Part shown: positions 44,970-53,229 of the stretch, piece after piece
Layout of the letters: every line of letters starts with the position of its first letter
Position numbering within the stretch: the stretch's first letter is position 1
From: Ignavibacteriales bacterium
GTDB lineage: Bacteria; Bacteroidota; Ignavibacteria; UBA10030
Assembly (NCBI GenBank): GCA_016194505.1
Contig: JACQBK010000051.1
Span: 1 to 60,165, forward strand
Reading direction: 5' to 3'
Length of the DNA: 60,165 bases
Translations under genes and position numbers: made by a program
Notes under the pieces: model-generated
What the model saw: only the letters and a program-made list of their open reading frames with translations
Databases searched by the model: none
Told to the model about the DNA's origin: nothing

Positions 44970-45554
44970 TTACAAATTTACAGGATACACTCTAAACTCT
45001 TTTGTCGCAGTAGAATTGGACAATGTGGTTGATGTTACTGTGCCGGCGGCTGTTGCGCCAATTCTCGCATTCAGTTCGATCCTCATTGCTTTTATTGAAC
45101 TCAATGTGGTTGTATAATTTCCGTTTGCGTCAAAATACTGAAAGGAAAAACTCCGAAGATTTTTTGCAATGGAAAATTCCGTCCCGCCGTTAATGACTCG
45201 CCTTATTTTCCATGTTGTGTCAACGACTGCTTGTGCCCCATTGTACCAAACAGTATCTATCGTGTAGATTCCATAGTAACGAATAACATCAGATCCCCCT
45301 TTGTTATCAAGGTCGGCACGAAATTGTACTGATCTCGCTTTGGCTGAATCAAGTGCCGGCGAACTTACGTTATATCCGGCTTGTTTTATATCTTGATACA
45401 TAATGTTGGCGGATATTTCGAGATTTGCCCTTGTGTTTGCGGCGGCTGTTTTATCGTAAAGAGCTGAATTAAGCGTAACAGTCATGCTTAAAATGATCAA
45501 AATAATTGCGCTCCGAATTAAGGTTGACCCGATTAAATCTAAGAGAAACGTCAT
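44970..45554 (-). CDS. GspJ/PilW-like pseudopilin-like protein lacking a leader peptide
   Basis: The 194-aa product starts M-TFLLDLIGSTLIRSAIILIILS, which resembles a mature type IV pilin N-terminus with Asp at +5. An in-frame TAA at 45561-45563 lies two codons upstream of the ATG. It is the first gene downstream of a sigma-54 promoter. Confidence 0.45.
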   Translation of the reverse strand: MTFLLDLIGSTLIRSAIILIILSMTVTLNSALYDKTAAANTRANLEISANIMYQDIKQAGYNVSSPALDSAKARSVQFRADLDNKGGSDVIRYYGIYTIDTVWYNGAQAVVDTTWKIRRVINGGTEFSIAKNLRSFSFQYFDANGNYTTTLSSIKAMRIELNARIGATAAGTVTSTTLSNSTATKEFRVYPVNL

Positions 45555-45614
45555 GAACTCTTACCAAATATGTATCACAGAATGAAGACAAGATTTTGAG
45601 ATATACTAATACCT

Positions 45615-45630
45615 TGCAAAAACGATGCCA
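45615..45630 (-). promoter_or_regulatory. Sigma-54 (-24/-12) promoter
   Basis: The minus strand reads TTGGCATCGTTTTTGCA, that is TGGCAT-N5-TTGCA with the canonical 12-nt GG-to-GC spacing. It lies ~60 nt upstream of the 45554 start. An NtrC-type activator is encoded immediately upstream. Confidence 0.8.
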
Positions 45631-45709
45631 ACCTTATGTAGTTTGTAAAATCCTCAGTTTAAATGGAAAAATGATATTTTAGTTTGTATTCCCAATTTTA
45701 GCCACAAAA

Positions 45710-45760
45710 ATTCTGAGCTAATCAGAATTTATATCATTTTGATTCTGAATGATTCAGAAT
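45710..45760. promoter_or_regulatory. Two palindromic candidate enhancer (UAS) sites for the NtrC-family activator
   Basis: ATTCTGA-gctaa-TCAGAAT lies at 45710-45728 and ATTCTGAAT-g-ATTCAGAAT at 45742-45760. Their centres are 32 bp apart, ~97 and ~129 bp upstream of the -24/-12 element. Confidence 0.6.
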
Positions 45761-45904
45761 ATCAGACTACCAAGATTTATAATGGTATTAGGCTTAAAAA
45801 CTGTATAAAACAAATTCTGCGAGGAGAGTCAGCTAAATGTATAAAAAAGAGACATGGAGAGGATTTGGCTGGGAAAAACGCTTAATTTTAGAGGGTATAA
45901 ATAT

Positions 45905-47299
45905 TTAAGAAGAATTTTTCTTTTGGAGTTTGATGCCTAAACGTGAGCATTTATCGTAGAGGGTTTTTTCAGGAATACCCAAAAGTTTTGCACTTTCCTT
46001 GATGTTCCAATTTGTTTGCTCAAGGTAGCGATAAATTACAAGCCGGGCGGCGGAATCTCTTGCATTTTTTTCGACCTCAGGGAGTGATAACCCGGAAGAT
46101 ACCACAGATTCCCCCCCGCCGATCTCTTTGGGAAGATGTTCTAATGTAATAACGCCTCCTGCCGACAGCAACAGCGCGCGTTGAATGACGTTTTCCAACT
46201 CACGAACATTGCCGGGCCAGTGATATTGAAGCATGCAATCTAACGCCACGGGGTCAACGGTGATTTCCGACTTATTCAGGTCTTTACCGAAGCGTTTAAG
46301 GATGTGTTCCACCAACAACGGAATATCTTCTTTATGTTCACGCAACGGGGGAAGCACGATAGGATAGACATTCAGGCGGTAGAACAAATCTTGCCGGAAC
46401 TCGCCCTGCTCCGTCATCGCCGTGAGGTCCCGATTGGTTGCCGCGATCACCCGGACATTCACGGGAATGGGGCTTGCGCCTCCAACACGGTCAATTTCCC
46501 TTTCCTGCAACACTCTCAACAATTTTACCTGAAGATGAATATCGAGTTCCGCAATTTCATCGAGGAATATTGTTCCGCCATCGGCAAGCTCGAACTTGCC
46601 AGGTTTAGTTTGTGTCGCTCCGGTAAATGAGCCTTTTTGGTGACCGAATAATTCGCTTTCGATCAATTCTTTCACAAGCGAGGCACAATTGACAGCGACG
46701 AAGACACGCTGGCTTCGTTTGCTTGCCGCATGAATTTCCCTTGCAACAAGCTCTTTGCCTGTTCCGGATTCTCCCGTAATGAGCACCGTTACATCTGTCA
46801 TCGAAACGCGCTGGATGGATTCAAACACGCGCTCTATAGAGGGTGTTGCTCCAACGATTCTTCCGGAAACGCGCTGGACTTCCTCGCGCAGAAGCTCGTA
46901 ATCGCGTTTTAATTCGCGCTGGGCGAGAGCTTTTTCCACCAGCGTTTTTAGTTCTTCAATTTTGGGAGATTTGGGAATGTAATGATACGCTCCCAGCCTC
47001 ATAGACTCGACCGCGCTTTCGACGGATGCATGTGATGTCAACATGATGACGGGAAAATCCGGCATCTCATCTTTTACCTGTTTAAGGACGTTTAAGCCGC
47101 TCTGACCGTCGCCTAACATGAGATCAAGCAACATGACATCTACCTTTTTGTGGCTCAAAATCTCAAATGCCTCCTTATCCGTCATGGCAGTCAAAACGGT
47201 AAAGAAATTTTTCATCAAAGACTCAAAGTCTTCGAGAAAAATTTTGCTGTCATCAAGGACAAGGAGTGTGCGCAGCTGATCCATAGGACGGTTAGACAA
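45905..47299 (-). CDS. Sigma-54-dependent response regulator (NtrC/PilR family: REC-AAA+-Fis HTH)
   Basis: The 464-aa product has a REC domain (LLVLDDSK...MLLDLMLGDGQSG...VIMLTSH). The AAA+ domain has Walker A GESGTGKE, the GAFTGA-type loop GSFTGA, and Walker B (IFLDEI). A C-terminal HTH follows (NIKESAKLLGIPEKTLYDK). Confidence 0.9.
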   Translation of the reverse strand: MSNRPMDQLRTLLVLDDSKIFLEDFESLMKNFFTVLTAMTDKEAFEILSHKKVDVMLLDLMLGDGQSGLNVLKQVKDEMPDFPVIMLTSHASVESAVESMRLGAYHYIPKSPKIEELKTLVEKALAQRELKRDYELLREEVQRVSGRIVGATPSIERVFESIQRVSMTDVTVLITGESGTGKELVAREIHAASKRSQRVFVAVNCASLVKELIESELFGHQKGSFTGATQTKPGKFELADGGTIFLDEIAELDIHLQVKLLRVLQEREIDRVGGASPIPVNVRVIAATNRDLTAMTEQGEFRQDLFYRLNVYPIVLPPLREHKEDIPLLVEHILKRFGKDLNKSEITVDPVALDCMLQYHWPGNVRELENVIQRALLLSAGGVITLEHLPKEIGGGESVVSSGLSLPEVEKNARDSAARLVIYRYLEQTNWNIKESAKLLGIPEKTLYDKCSRLGIKLQKKNSS

Positions 47300-47364
47300 T
47301 TATTGTCGTTAATAAAAACCAGAGACAATGCAAATGTACGAACGAATTATGTTTTATCAAACTG

Positions 47365-49431
47365 TCAAGGCTTTACAACTTGCAATCGCAACAAAAAGGT
47401 GGTTCCACTATTTTCTACGCTTTCTTTAATACTGATATCGCCGTCATATTTTCTCAGCATAGCGGGCAGTTTTGAAAGCTCCGTCTCCTGGGTATTGTTC
47501 TCTGAAGGCGTGAAGATTGTTCCCCACAGTTGAGGTTCGAGGTAGAGTTTGCTATCCCGCATTTCCAACTCCCAGCGACCACCGACGACCCTCCCCGCAA
47601 ACACAAGCTCCGTTTCTTCGTTTCCGTGCATTTGACCGAGTACATAATGAAGAAGCGTCGCAATTACTTGGGAGAACTCAATTTCCGAAGCAACCACGAC
47701 CGGCTCTGCCTGCGTTAACTGTTCTGCGACTATGAACTTAACGTTTGCGGTGGTCTTGCGCTGCCGATCAAGAATTTCTTGAAGAAGATGATTCGGCTTG
47801 CACCGAAACTCGCTAAACACATATTCCCTCATGACTCGAAATGTATAGAGCAGTTGGTCAACATGCTTTGGAATCGTCTTTTCGAAATTCCGAATATCTT
47901 CAGACTCAATTTTTGGGTTGAGACTTAACGGACGCACAATGGTAGCCAACTCTTGCACGTGAAATTTTAATGCTTGAACGGTCTCGGAGTCGAACGAAAG
48001 CAGTTGAAATTGCTGCGCAATATCCATCAGCCGCGGATGAACTTTCTCCAGAAATTCTATGAGCGAGGCGCGAAACCTGTCGTATTGATACGGTGCGGTT
48101 GTTTCGTTGAGGTTTCGACCGAAAAGAGCGACGCGGTTAATATTCATGTGCCCCCATCCACCATGCGCGAACGGCTGTAACTCTACCAGGAGCTTCTCTT
48201 TTGTTTGCTGGTCAAGGCTTTTTTCTGATGTTCCTTGTGGCAATATATGCGAGCCTGACATTGTTCCGGTTTCCTCTTGTTGATGTTCATCTTCAGAGTA
48301 ACAGTACTGATGGACGTTCGGCGCGATGATCACGCTGAACATTGAGCCTTTTCCCGCTTCGCTCGTCACTTCAAGGCGATAGCCGAGCACATCGCAGAGC
48401 GTCCGGGATATCGCCAATCCCAAACCCGTCCCTCCGTAGCGCCGCGTGGTCGTGCTATCACCTTGTTTGAATGGTTCAAAAATAATTTGTTGCTGTTCGC
48501 GGGGAATACCGACACCGGTATCCATAACATCAACGCGAACAGGTATAGAGGTTAGAGCATCAACCGCTACGCGAATTTTTATTGTCCCGCGCTCGGTAAA
48601 TTTAACTGCGTTGCCAAGAAGATTGACGAGAATTTGCTTAAACTTTTGCCGATCCGTTTGGACGGACTCTACGCGCGTTGGCAACTCAACATGTACAGTA
48701 ATGTCTTTGCCGAGTAATTTTACGCCGAACTGGGCAACCGTGTCGTAAATCAGCACGCTCAGCGATGTTGGCGCGAGATTAACTTCTGCTTGACCTGCCT
48801 CAATTTTGGAGAGGTCGAGGATGTCGTTAATAAGGCTCAGCAAATCTTTACCATTGGCAAGAATTCGCTCAAGATACAATACATCCTGCTCTTGTAAATT
48901 CTTGGCTTTATTTTTTAGCAAAACGTTTGTGAACCCGATAACGGAGTTCAACGGTGTCCGCAGCTCATGGCTCATGGTAGCAAGAAATTCGCTTTTCGCC
49001 TGATTCGCTTCCTCCGCTTTCATTTTGGCAATTTCCAACTGCCCCGATTTTTTCTGTAATTGGTGAAGAAGTGCGTTCAGCATTTCGTTCACTTCCGAAA
49101 GCCTGTTCTTCTTCTCAAGAGTTTCCTCGACATGTCGCTTCGTTCTTCGCTCAAGGTTTTGACGGTGCCGAAGAAAATGTCTTACACCAAAAAAATACAA
49201 CGCCGTACCGACAAGCAATAAGAGCAGTATGCAAAGAACATAAAATATTCTTGTTTGATAAAACAAGGGGGCAAGCCATACGCTCACCACAATGCAAAGG
49301 TTATTCCACAATCCGGAGTTGTTTGCTGGCGTGTTCCAGACCGTCCGCGCTGCGATTGTTTGAACCGCAAGCACTTCAACAAACAGAAAAATCCTTACCG
49401 CCCACGCTCGTATACTTACGTTGGCATGCAT
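47365..49431 (-). CDS. Membrane histidine kinase with a long C-terminal extension ending in a second, degenerate ATPase-like module
   Basis: The 688-aa product has N-terminal TM segments and a coiled coil. The H-box is [15 protein letters not shown], and N/G boxes are present ([12 protein letters not shown]; DTGVGI; GGTGLGLAI). A further ~315 aa end in a region laid out like a kinase CA domain ([11 protein letters not shown]...WELEMRD...GTTFLLRL) without clear G boxes. Confidence 0.85.
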   Translation of the reverse strand: MHANVSIRAWAVRIFLFVEVLAVQTIAARTVWNTPANNSGLWNNLCIVVSVWLAPLFYQTRIFYVLCILLLLLVGTALYFFGVRHFLRHRQNLERRTKRHVEETLEKKNRLSEVNEMLNALLHQLQKKSGQLEIAKMKAEEANQAKSEFLATMSHELRTPLNSVIGFTNVLLKNKAKNLQEQDVLYLERILANGKDLLSLINDILDLSKIEAGQAEVNLAPTSLSVLIYDTVAQFGVKLLGKDITVHVELPTRVESVQTDRQKFKQILVNLLGNAVKFTERGTIKIRVAVDALTSIPVRVDVMDTGVGIPREQQQIIFEPFKQGDSTTTRRYGGTGLGLAISRTLCDVLGYRLEVTSEAGKGSMFSVIIAPNVHQYCYSEDEHQQEETGTMSGSHILPQGTSEKSLDQQTKEKLLVELQPFAHGGWGHMNINRVALFGRNLNETTAPYQYDRFRASLIEFLEKVHPRLMDIAQQFQLLSFDSETVQALKFHVQELATIVRPLSLNPKIESEDIRNFEKTIPKHVDQLLYTFRVMREYVFSEFRCKPNHLLQEILDRQRKTTANVKFIVAEQLTQAEPVVVASEIEFSQVIATLLHYVLGQMHGNEETELVFAGRVVGGRWELEMRDSKLYLEPQLWGTIFTPSENNTQETELSKLPAMLRKYDGDISIKESVENSGTTFLLRLQVVKP

Positions 49432-49439
49432 TGTTATAC

Positions 49440-49814
49440 TTATGGTGAGTTGTTTATCCAGCGGGCGATTGTTGCAAGAAACGCATCCTCATCAACAATG
49501 GGCTTAGCGACATAGTCATTGAAGCCCACACCGAGGTAACGCTCGCGGTCGCCGGACATCGCGTGCGCCGTCAAAGCTATAACCGGCAGTTTTTTAAGCC
49601 GCTCATCATTCCTGATGTGCGACAAGAGCTCGACTCCATCCATACCGGGAAGAGAAATATCAAGAAGAATAAGCTCCGGGACTTTCCTCTTCAACCCTTG
49701 TAACGCTTCGAACCCCGTAACATATTCGGTTAACTCATACAGTTCGCTTACAATCGCTCGAACAAGAAGACGGTTATCTTTATTGTCTTCGATAAGAACA
49801 ATGGATTTCATCAT
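49440..49814 (-). CDS. Single-domain response regulator
   Basis: The REC motifs are [10 protein letters not shown]; [13 protein letters not shown]; VIALTAHA; YVAKP. I place the start at MMKSIV (49814). The ORF track's longer form (to 49979) adds a non-REC, poorly coding-like leader. Confidence 0.85.
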   Translation of the reverse strand: MMKSIVLIEDNKDNRLLVRAIVSELYELTEYVTGFEALQGLKRKVPELILLDISLPGMDGVELLSHIRNDERLKKLPVIALTAHAMSGDRERYLGVGFNDYVAKPIVDEDAFLATIARWINNSP

Positions 49815-50162
49815 TACTCCTTCCGACATGCCTTCTGATGTACAATTGCCGCAACCCCTCTCCGGAAATTGACCAGGCACCGGATAGAACGCCGAAAAGC
49901 CCAGTTTGGTTGGAGAATCCACTCGAAGAATGGTGATAACCAATTTCACCTCAATACTTCTAAAAAAAGCAATATACAACCTCTCCTCCTTACATATTGA
50001 TAAGTATAACAGGATTAGGCTGAAAGTGCAATACGTTATTCGATACGGTAAGAGCTTATTTTGGGCGGGTTAAGGGGCGGGTGTACTTATCTCGCTCTGA
50101 AAAAGCCGTAGACAGAGTACTTCATTCACAAAGACATTGAGGAAACAACGATTCGTCTTTTT

Positions 50163-51725
50163 TCAAATGTATAGTTTTATGGAGGGCCAAATATCCTTGA
50201 GCGGAGTTTTCAAGCCCCGGCAAAGAAAAATTGGGCGGTTGTTCTCATACGGCATAGCATATTCATTATAGGTGGAACCAACTTGCGTTACTTCATTATA
50301 GACCTTTTTGTGATCTTCGGGATTGCCCCCGATAATAATAAGGATCTCGCCTGCGTACCCTCTCGTCCCCCACAAAAAATAGCTGTTGTGCCCGCTTATC
50401 GCTTTGGGCAAGTTATATTTTTTGCCAAAGAAGTCTATCGCCCCGGCTTCGCCATAATTTTGGGCGTATATGGCGCATTTGGATTGTTCTTCAGGTGAAA
50501 GCTTGCTATACACTTCTGCAACGGCAGCAGTCATTTCCTCCCAACCATGCATATCGGCATACATCTGAGGCAGTTTTCCGATCCTGTTTCGTTCTTCCTG
50601 CGGAGGTTTAATTCCTAATGCATTCGAATATCGAATAAACCCTTCAACGGGTAGCGCCGGCAAAGCAAAAGGCGCGGTAATCGCTCCACCAACGATCAGA
50701 AACCCAACCATGGTCGGCTTGAGCCATTTCCAATTTGTTCGCGCAATTATATCCTGCACAAACAACGCTCCAGTTGCGAACAACATTGGGTAAACAGGGG
50801 TGAGATAATATGCTTTGGACCGTTGAACGACGAGAAATACGAAAATGGCAACATACATCCAGCCGACGATACGATATTGTTTTCCTTTTGAGTAAAAAAA
50901 ACAATAATACAATCCCGCGAACCACAAAAGAAAACTAATTGGACTCATCATGAGAATCTGCGCAAGAGTAAACTCTATTGGTGACATCGAAGCGTTTTTG
51001 AGCTGTGTGGCGTTCATCATAAACTCAATCGTGGGAAGGTCATGCTGGACTTGCCAAATGATATTTGGAAGAAAAATTAAAAACGCAACGACACCGCCCA
51101 TCCAGAGCCATTTATCACGGAAATATTTTCTGTGGGGTGTAAGCATCAACCCGACGACAAGCCCGAATCCGAGAAATAACATGCTTAATTTATTTTGCAA
51201 ACCGAGACCGGCAATAACACCGAAGAGCAGCCAGAGTTTGGAATTTCCCGATTTCACAATGAGAAGAATAACGTATATACCTGCGGTCCAGAGCAAGAGA
51301 TCAAAGCAATTCATCGAATAGAAATTCGTTACCGTAAGATAGACGGGCGCAACCATCACTGCAACTGCCGCGAGGATTTGTGCGAATCGGTTCCCGCCGA
51401 GCATACGAACCATCAGCCCCATTAAAAGCACTGTGCCGGCTCCCGCAAATACCGGGAGTAATCGAAGTGCAAAGACGGAGGAATCGCCAACGACCACTCG
51501 ACTTATCGCGAGAAGCAGAATCGAAAGCGGGGGGTGATCTATATAACCCCAATCAAGGTGGTCACTACACGCAATATAATATAGCTCATCTCGAAAGTAT
51601 CCATATCCGCTGCCTGTGAGAAAATGAATTAGCAATGTCGCGAGTGCAAGATAAGAAATTACGGCGACATCATTTAAGAATGGACTGCGGGGTTTCTCTA
51701 ATGAAGGAGATGAAGAGTGTTCCAT
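50163..51725 (-). CDS. GT39/GT83-type (ArnT/PMT-like) membrane glycosyltransferase
   Basis: The 520-aa product has ~11-12 TM helices and the N-terminal loop motif YFRDELYYIACSDHLDWGYIDHPPL, typical of the dolichyl/undecaprenyl-phosphate-sugar transferase family. The C-terminal domain is soluble. Confidence 0.75.
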   Translation of the reverse strand: MEHSSSPSLEKPRSPFLNDVAVISYLALATLLIHFLTGSGYGYFRDELYYIACSDHLDWGYIDHPPLSILLLAISRVVVGDSSVFALRLLPVFAGAGTVLLMGLMVRMLGGNRFAQILAAVAVMVAPVYLTVTNFYSMNCFDLLLWTAGIYVILLIVKSGNSKLWLLFGVIAGLGLQNKLSMLFLGFGLVVGLMLTPHRKYFRDKWLWMGGVVAFLIFLPNIIWQVQHDLPTIEFMMNATQLKNASMSPIEFTLAQILMMSPISFLLWFAGLYYCFFYSKGKQYRIVGWMYVAIFVFLVVQRSKAYYLTPVYPMLFATGALFVQDIIARTNWKWLKPTMVGFLIVGGAITAPFALPALPVEGFIRYSNALGIKPPQEERNRIGKLPQMYADMHGWEEMTAAVAEVYSKLSPEEQSKCAIYAQNYGEAGAIDFFGKKYNLPKAISGHNSYFLWGTRGYAGEILIIIGGNPEDHKKVYNEVTQVGSTYNEYAMPYENNRPIFLCRGLKTPLKDIWPSIKLYI

Positions 51726-52054
51726 AAAACTCCTACTTTTTCAAGGGATGGGTTGAGAGCGATGTTGTTTGGGAAGTTATAGCAGGTGCTCCTTTATGTA
51801 TGCTTCATTGTCATAAAAAATCATACGGAGGTGTCGGCAAGATGTTTCCAACAACGATGGTAAAGATTGAAAAAGGAATGCACTCGTTGGGGTGAAATTT
51901 CAGCCTTTTGGACAGACTAAACATAAACCGGAAAGGTTACTACCTTGCGAAGGATGATTTCAATAGGAGTGCGTATCGAAAAATCTACAGAATTAAAGCA
52001 GGCAAGTTTTCAAGATTAAGATGAAAAACTATTATATCAAGTATTACCCATAAG

Positions 52055-52738
52055 TTATTGAGAATCTTTACGAAACTCGTTCTGTTGGTGGAGTGTAACC
52101 TGATTGGTGAGAAAAGCAAGCGTTTCTTTAATGGAATGCACGTCTTGTTCAGCATCAGCGATGGCTTTTTCAGCTACCCGTCTTTCCGAGGTGTCTTTTG
52201 AAGAAGATTGTTTGTGAAGAGAATTGAGTTGTTCGGCAAGCGTCGAGAGCGATTTGTTCACGCGAATGACGGTTGTTTGGACAACATCATTCAACGTGTT
52301 GATGATTTTGGTGTGTTGGTTTTGTTGCTTTCTCAAATGATATCGTTCCAACGCATTATGAATCAATACGGGAACATAATCAAATGAAATGTGCCCTTTG
52401 TTCGCGTAGTCGTACGCACCGAGTTTCATGGCTTCAACGGCGACTTCTTCACAACCGTACCCCGTGATCATAATAACGGGGGTATCTATGGTTCGCTCGT
52501 TAAGCCATTTCAATACATCGAGACCGCTTCTATCGGCAAGCTTGTAGTCGAGAAGAATAATATCAAACCTGCTACTCTCAAGCTCTGCGTACGCCTGCTC
52601 CGCGGAGACGATAATTTTTGTGGTGTATCCGTAATGTTTGTTGACGTAAAGAGCGATTGGCTTGGAAAAATTTGGATCGTCGTCAATAAAAAGAATTTTG
52701 AGATCGCGTATAAAATTTATAGCATAACTTGAATTCAT
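52055..52738 (-). CDS. Response regulator with a C-terminal helical domain (paralogue of 39588..40391)
   Basis: The 227-aa product has the REC motifs ILFIDDDPN; IILLDYKLADRSG; VIMITGYG; AMKLGAYDYANK. It is colinear with the 39588..40391 protein (shared DTPV-M-T...VEAMKLGAYDY). Confidence 0.85.
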   Translation of the reverse strand: MNSSYAINFIRDLKILFIDDDPNFSKPIALYVNKHYGYTTKIIVSAEQAYAELESSRFDIILLDYKLADRSGLDVLKWLNERTIDTPVIMITGYGCEEVAVEAMKLGAYDYANKGHISFDYVPVLIHNALERYHLRKQQNQHTKIINTLNDVVQTTVIRVNKSLSTLAEQLNSLHKQSSSKDTSERRVAEKAIADAEQDVHSIKETLAFLTNQVTLHQQNEFRKDSQ

Positions 52739-52980
52739 GCAATGCTCTCTTTCCGTGGGGCGTTAAAAAATCCTTTCATTAAAATATAAAATTTTTATCG
52801 GGAATCAATATCTTTTGCGTAGCTGGATTTTAACTTTTTGCGACTTCCAATAGTCGCTCCCTATTACCATAGGGAAATATTACATAACAAATGGATTTAT
52901 ACAATGGTAGGAAAGGCTTTACACACTTTTTTTGTCCTCCATCACAGAGAGCGCTCATTCTCATTTTGATAAAGCGGGTG

Positions 52981-53092
52981 TGGACGCTGTAGGGTTCTCC
53001 GCCAAAGGCGGATGCGCCTCCGGCGCAGAACCTACGACCTTCCCGTCTCACGTTGTGAGACGGGACGCTCTGACCAAGAAATACTAAGCGGT
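52981..53092 (-). pseudogene. tRNA-Val-derived element with hairpin expansions (non-canonical tRNA-like)
   Basis: 52981-52997 is identical to 53127-53143 of tRNA-Val, and 53028-53040 is identical to 53144-53156. The T loop carries a 30-nt insert of two hairpins (TCCGCC-AAA-GGCGGA, TGCGCC-TCC-GGCGCA). The anticodon arm is replaced by an 11-bp hairpin (TCCCGTCTCAC-GTT-GTGAGACGGGA). The D-arm side is recognisable but diverged. Confidence 0.7.
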
Positions 53093-53126
53093 GTTTGAAA
53101 TAAGTACGGATGAGGCTAGCTTCTTG

Positions 53127-53201
53127 TGGACGCTGTAGGGTTCGAACCTACGACCTCCGCCTTGTAAGGGCGGCGCTCTGAACCAGCTGAGCTAAGCGTC
53201 C
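53127..53201 (-). tRNA. tRNA-Val (anticodon TAC)
   Basis: The reverse complement is GGACGCTTAGCTCAGCTGGTTCAGAGCGCCGCCCTTACAAGGCGGAGGTCGTAGGTTCGAACCCTACAGCGTCCA. It folds into a canonical 75-nt cloverleaf with anticodon loop CTTACAA. Confidence 0.9.
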
Positions 53202-53229
53202 TTGTTGTATAAATATATCAATTTTACGC

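Noticed and set aside
49815-49979. An N-terminal 55-aa extension of the response regulator ORF (track coordinates 49440..49979)
   Set aside because: The receiver fold begins at [11 protein letters not shown]. The extension has no homology-like features and an atypical composition. The internal ATG pair at 49814/49811 is the more plausible start.
52830-53051. A 73-aa minus-strand ORF upstream of the aminotransferase gene
   Set aside because: It overlaps the tRNA-Val-derived hairpin element. The Gly/Ala/Arg/Cys-rich translation comes from the GC-rich palindromes.
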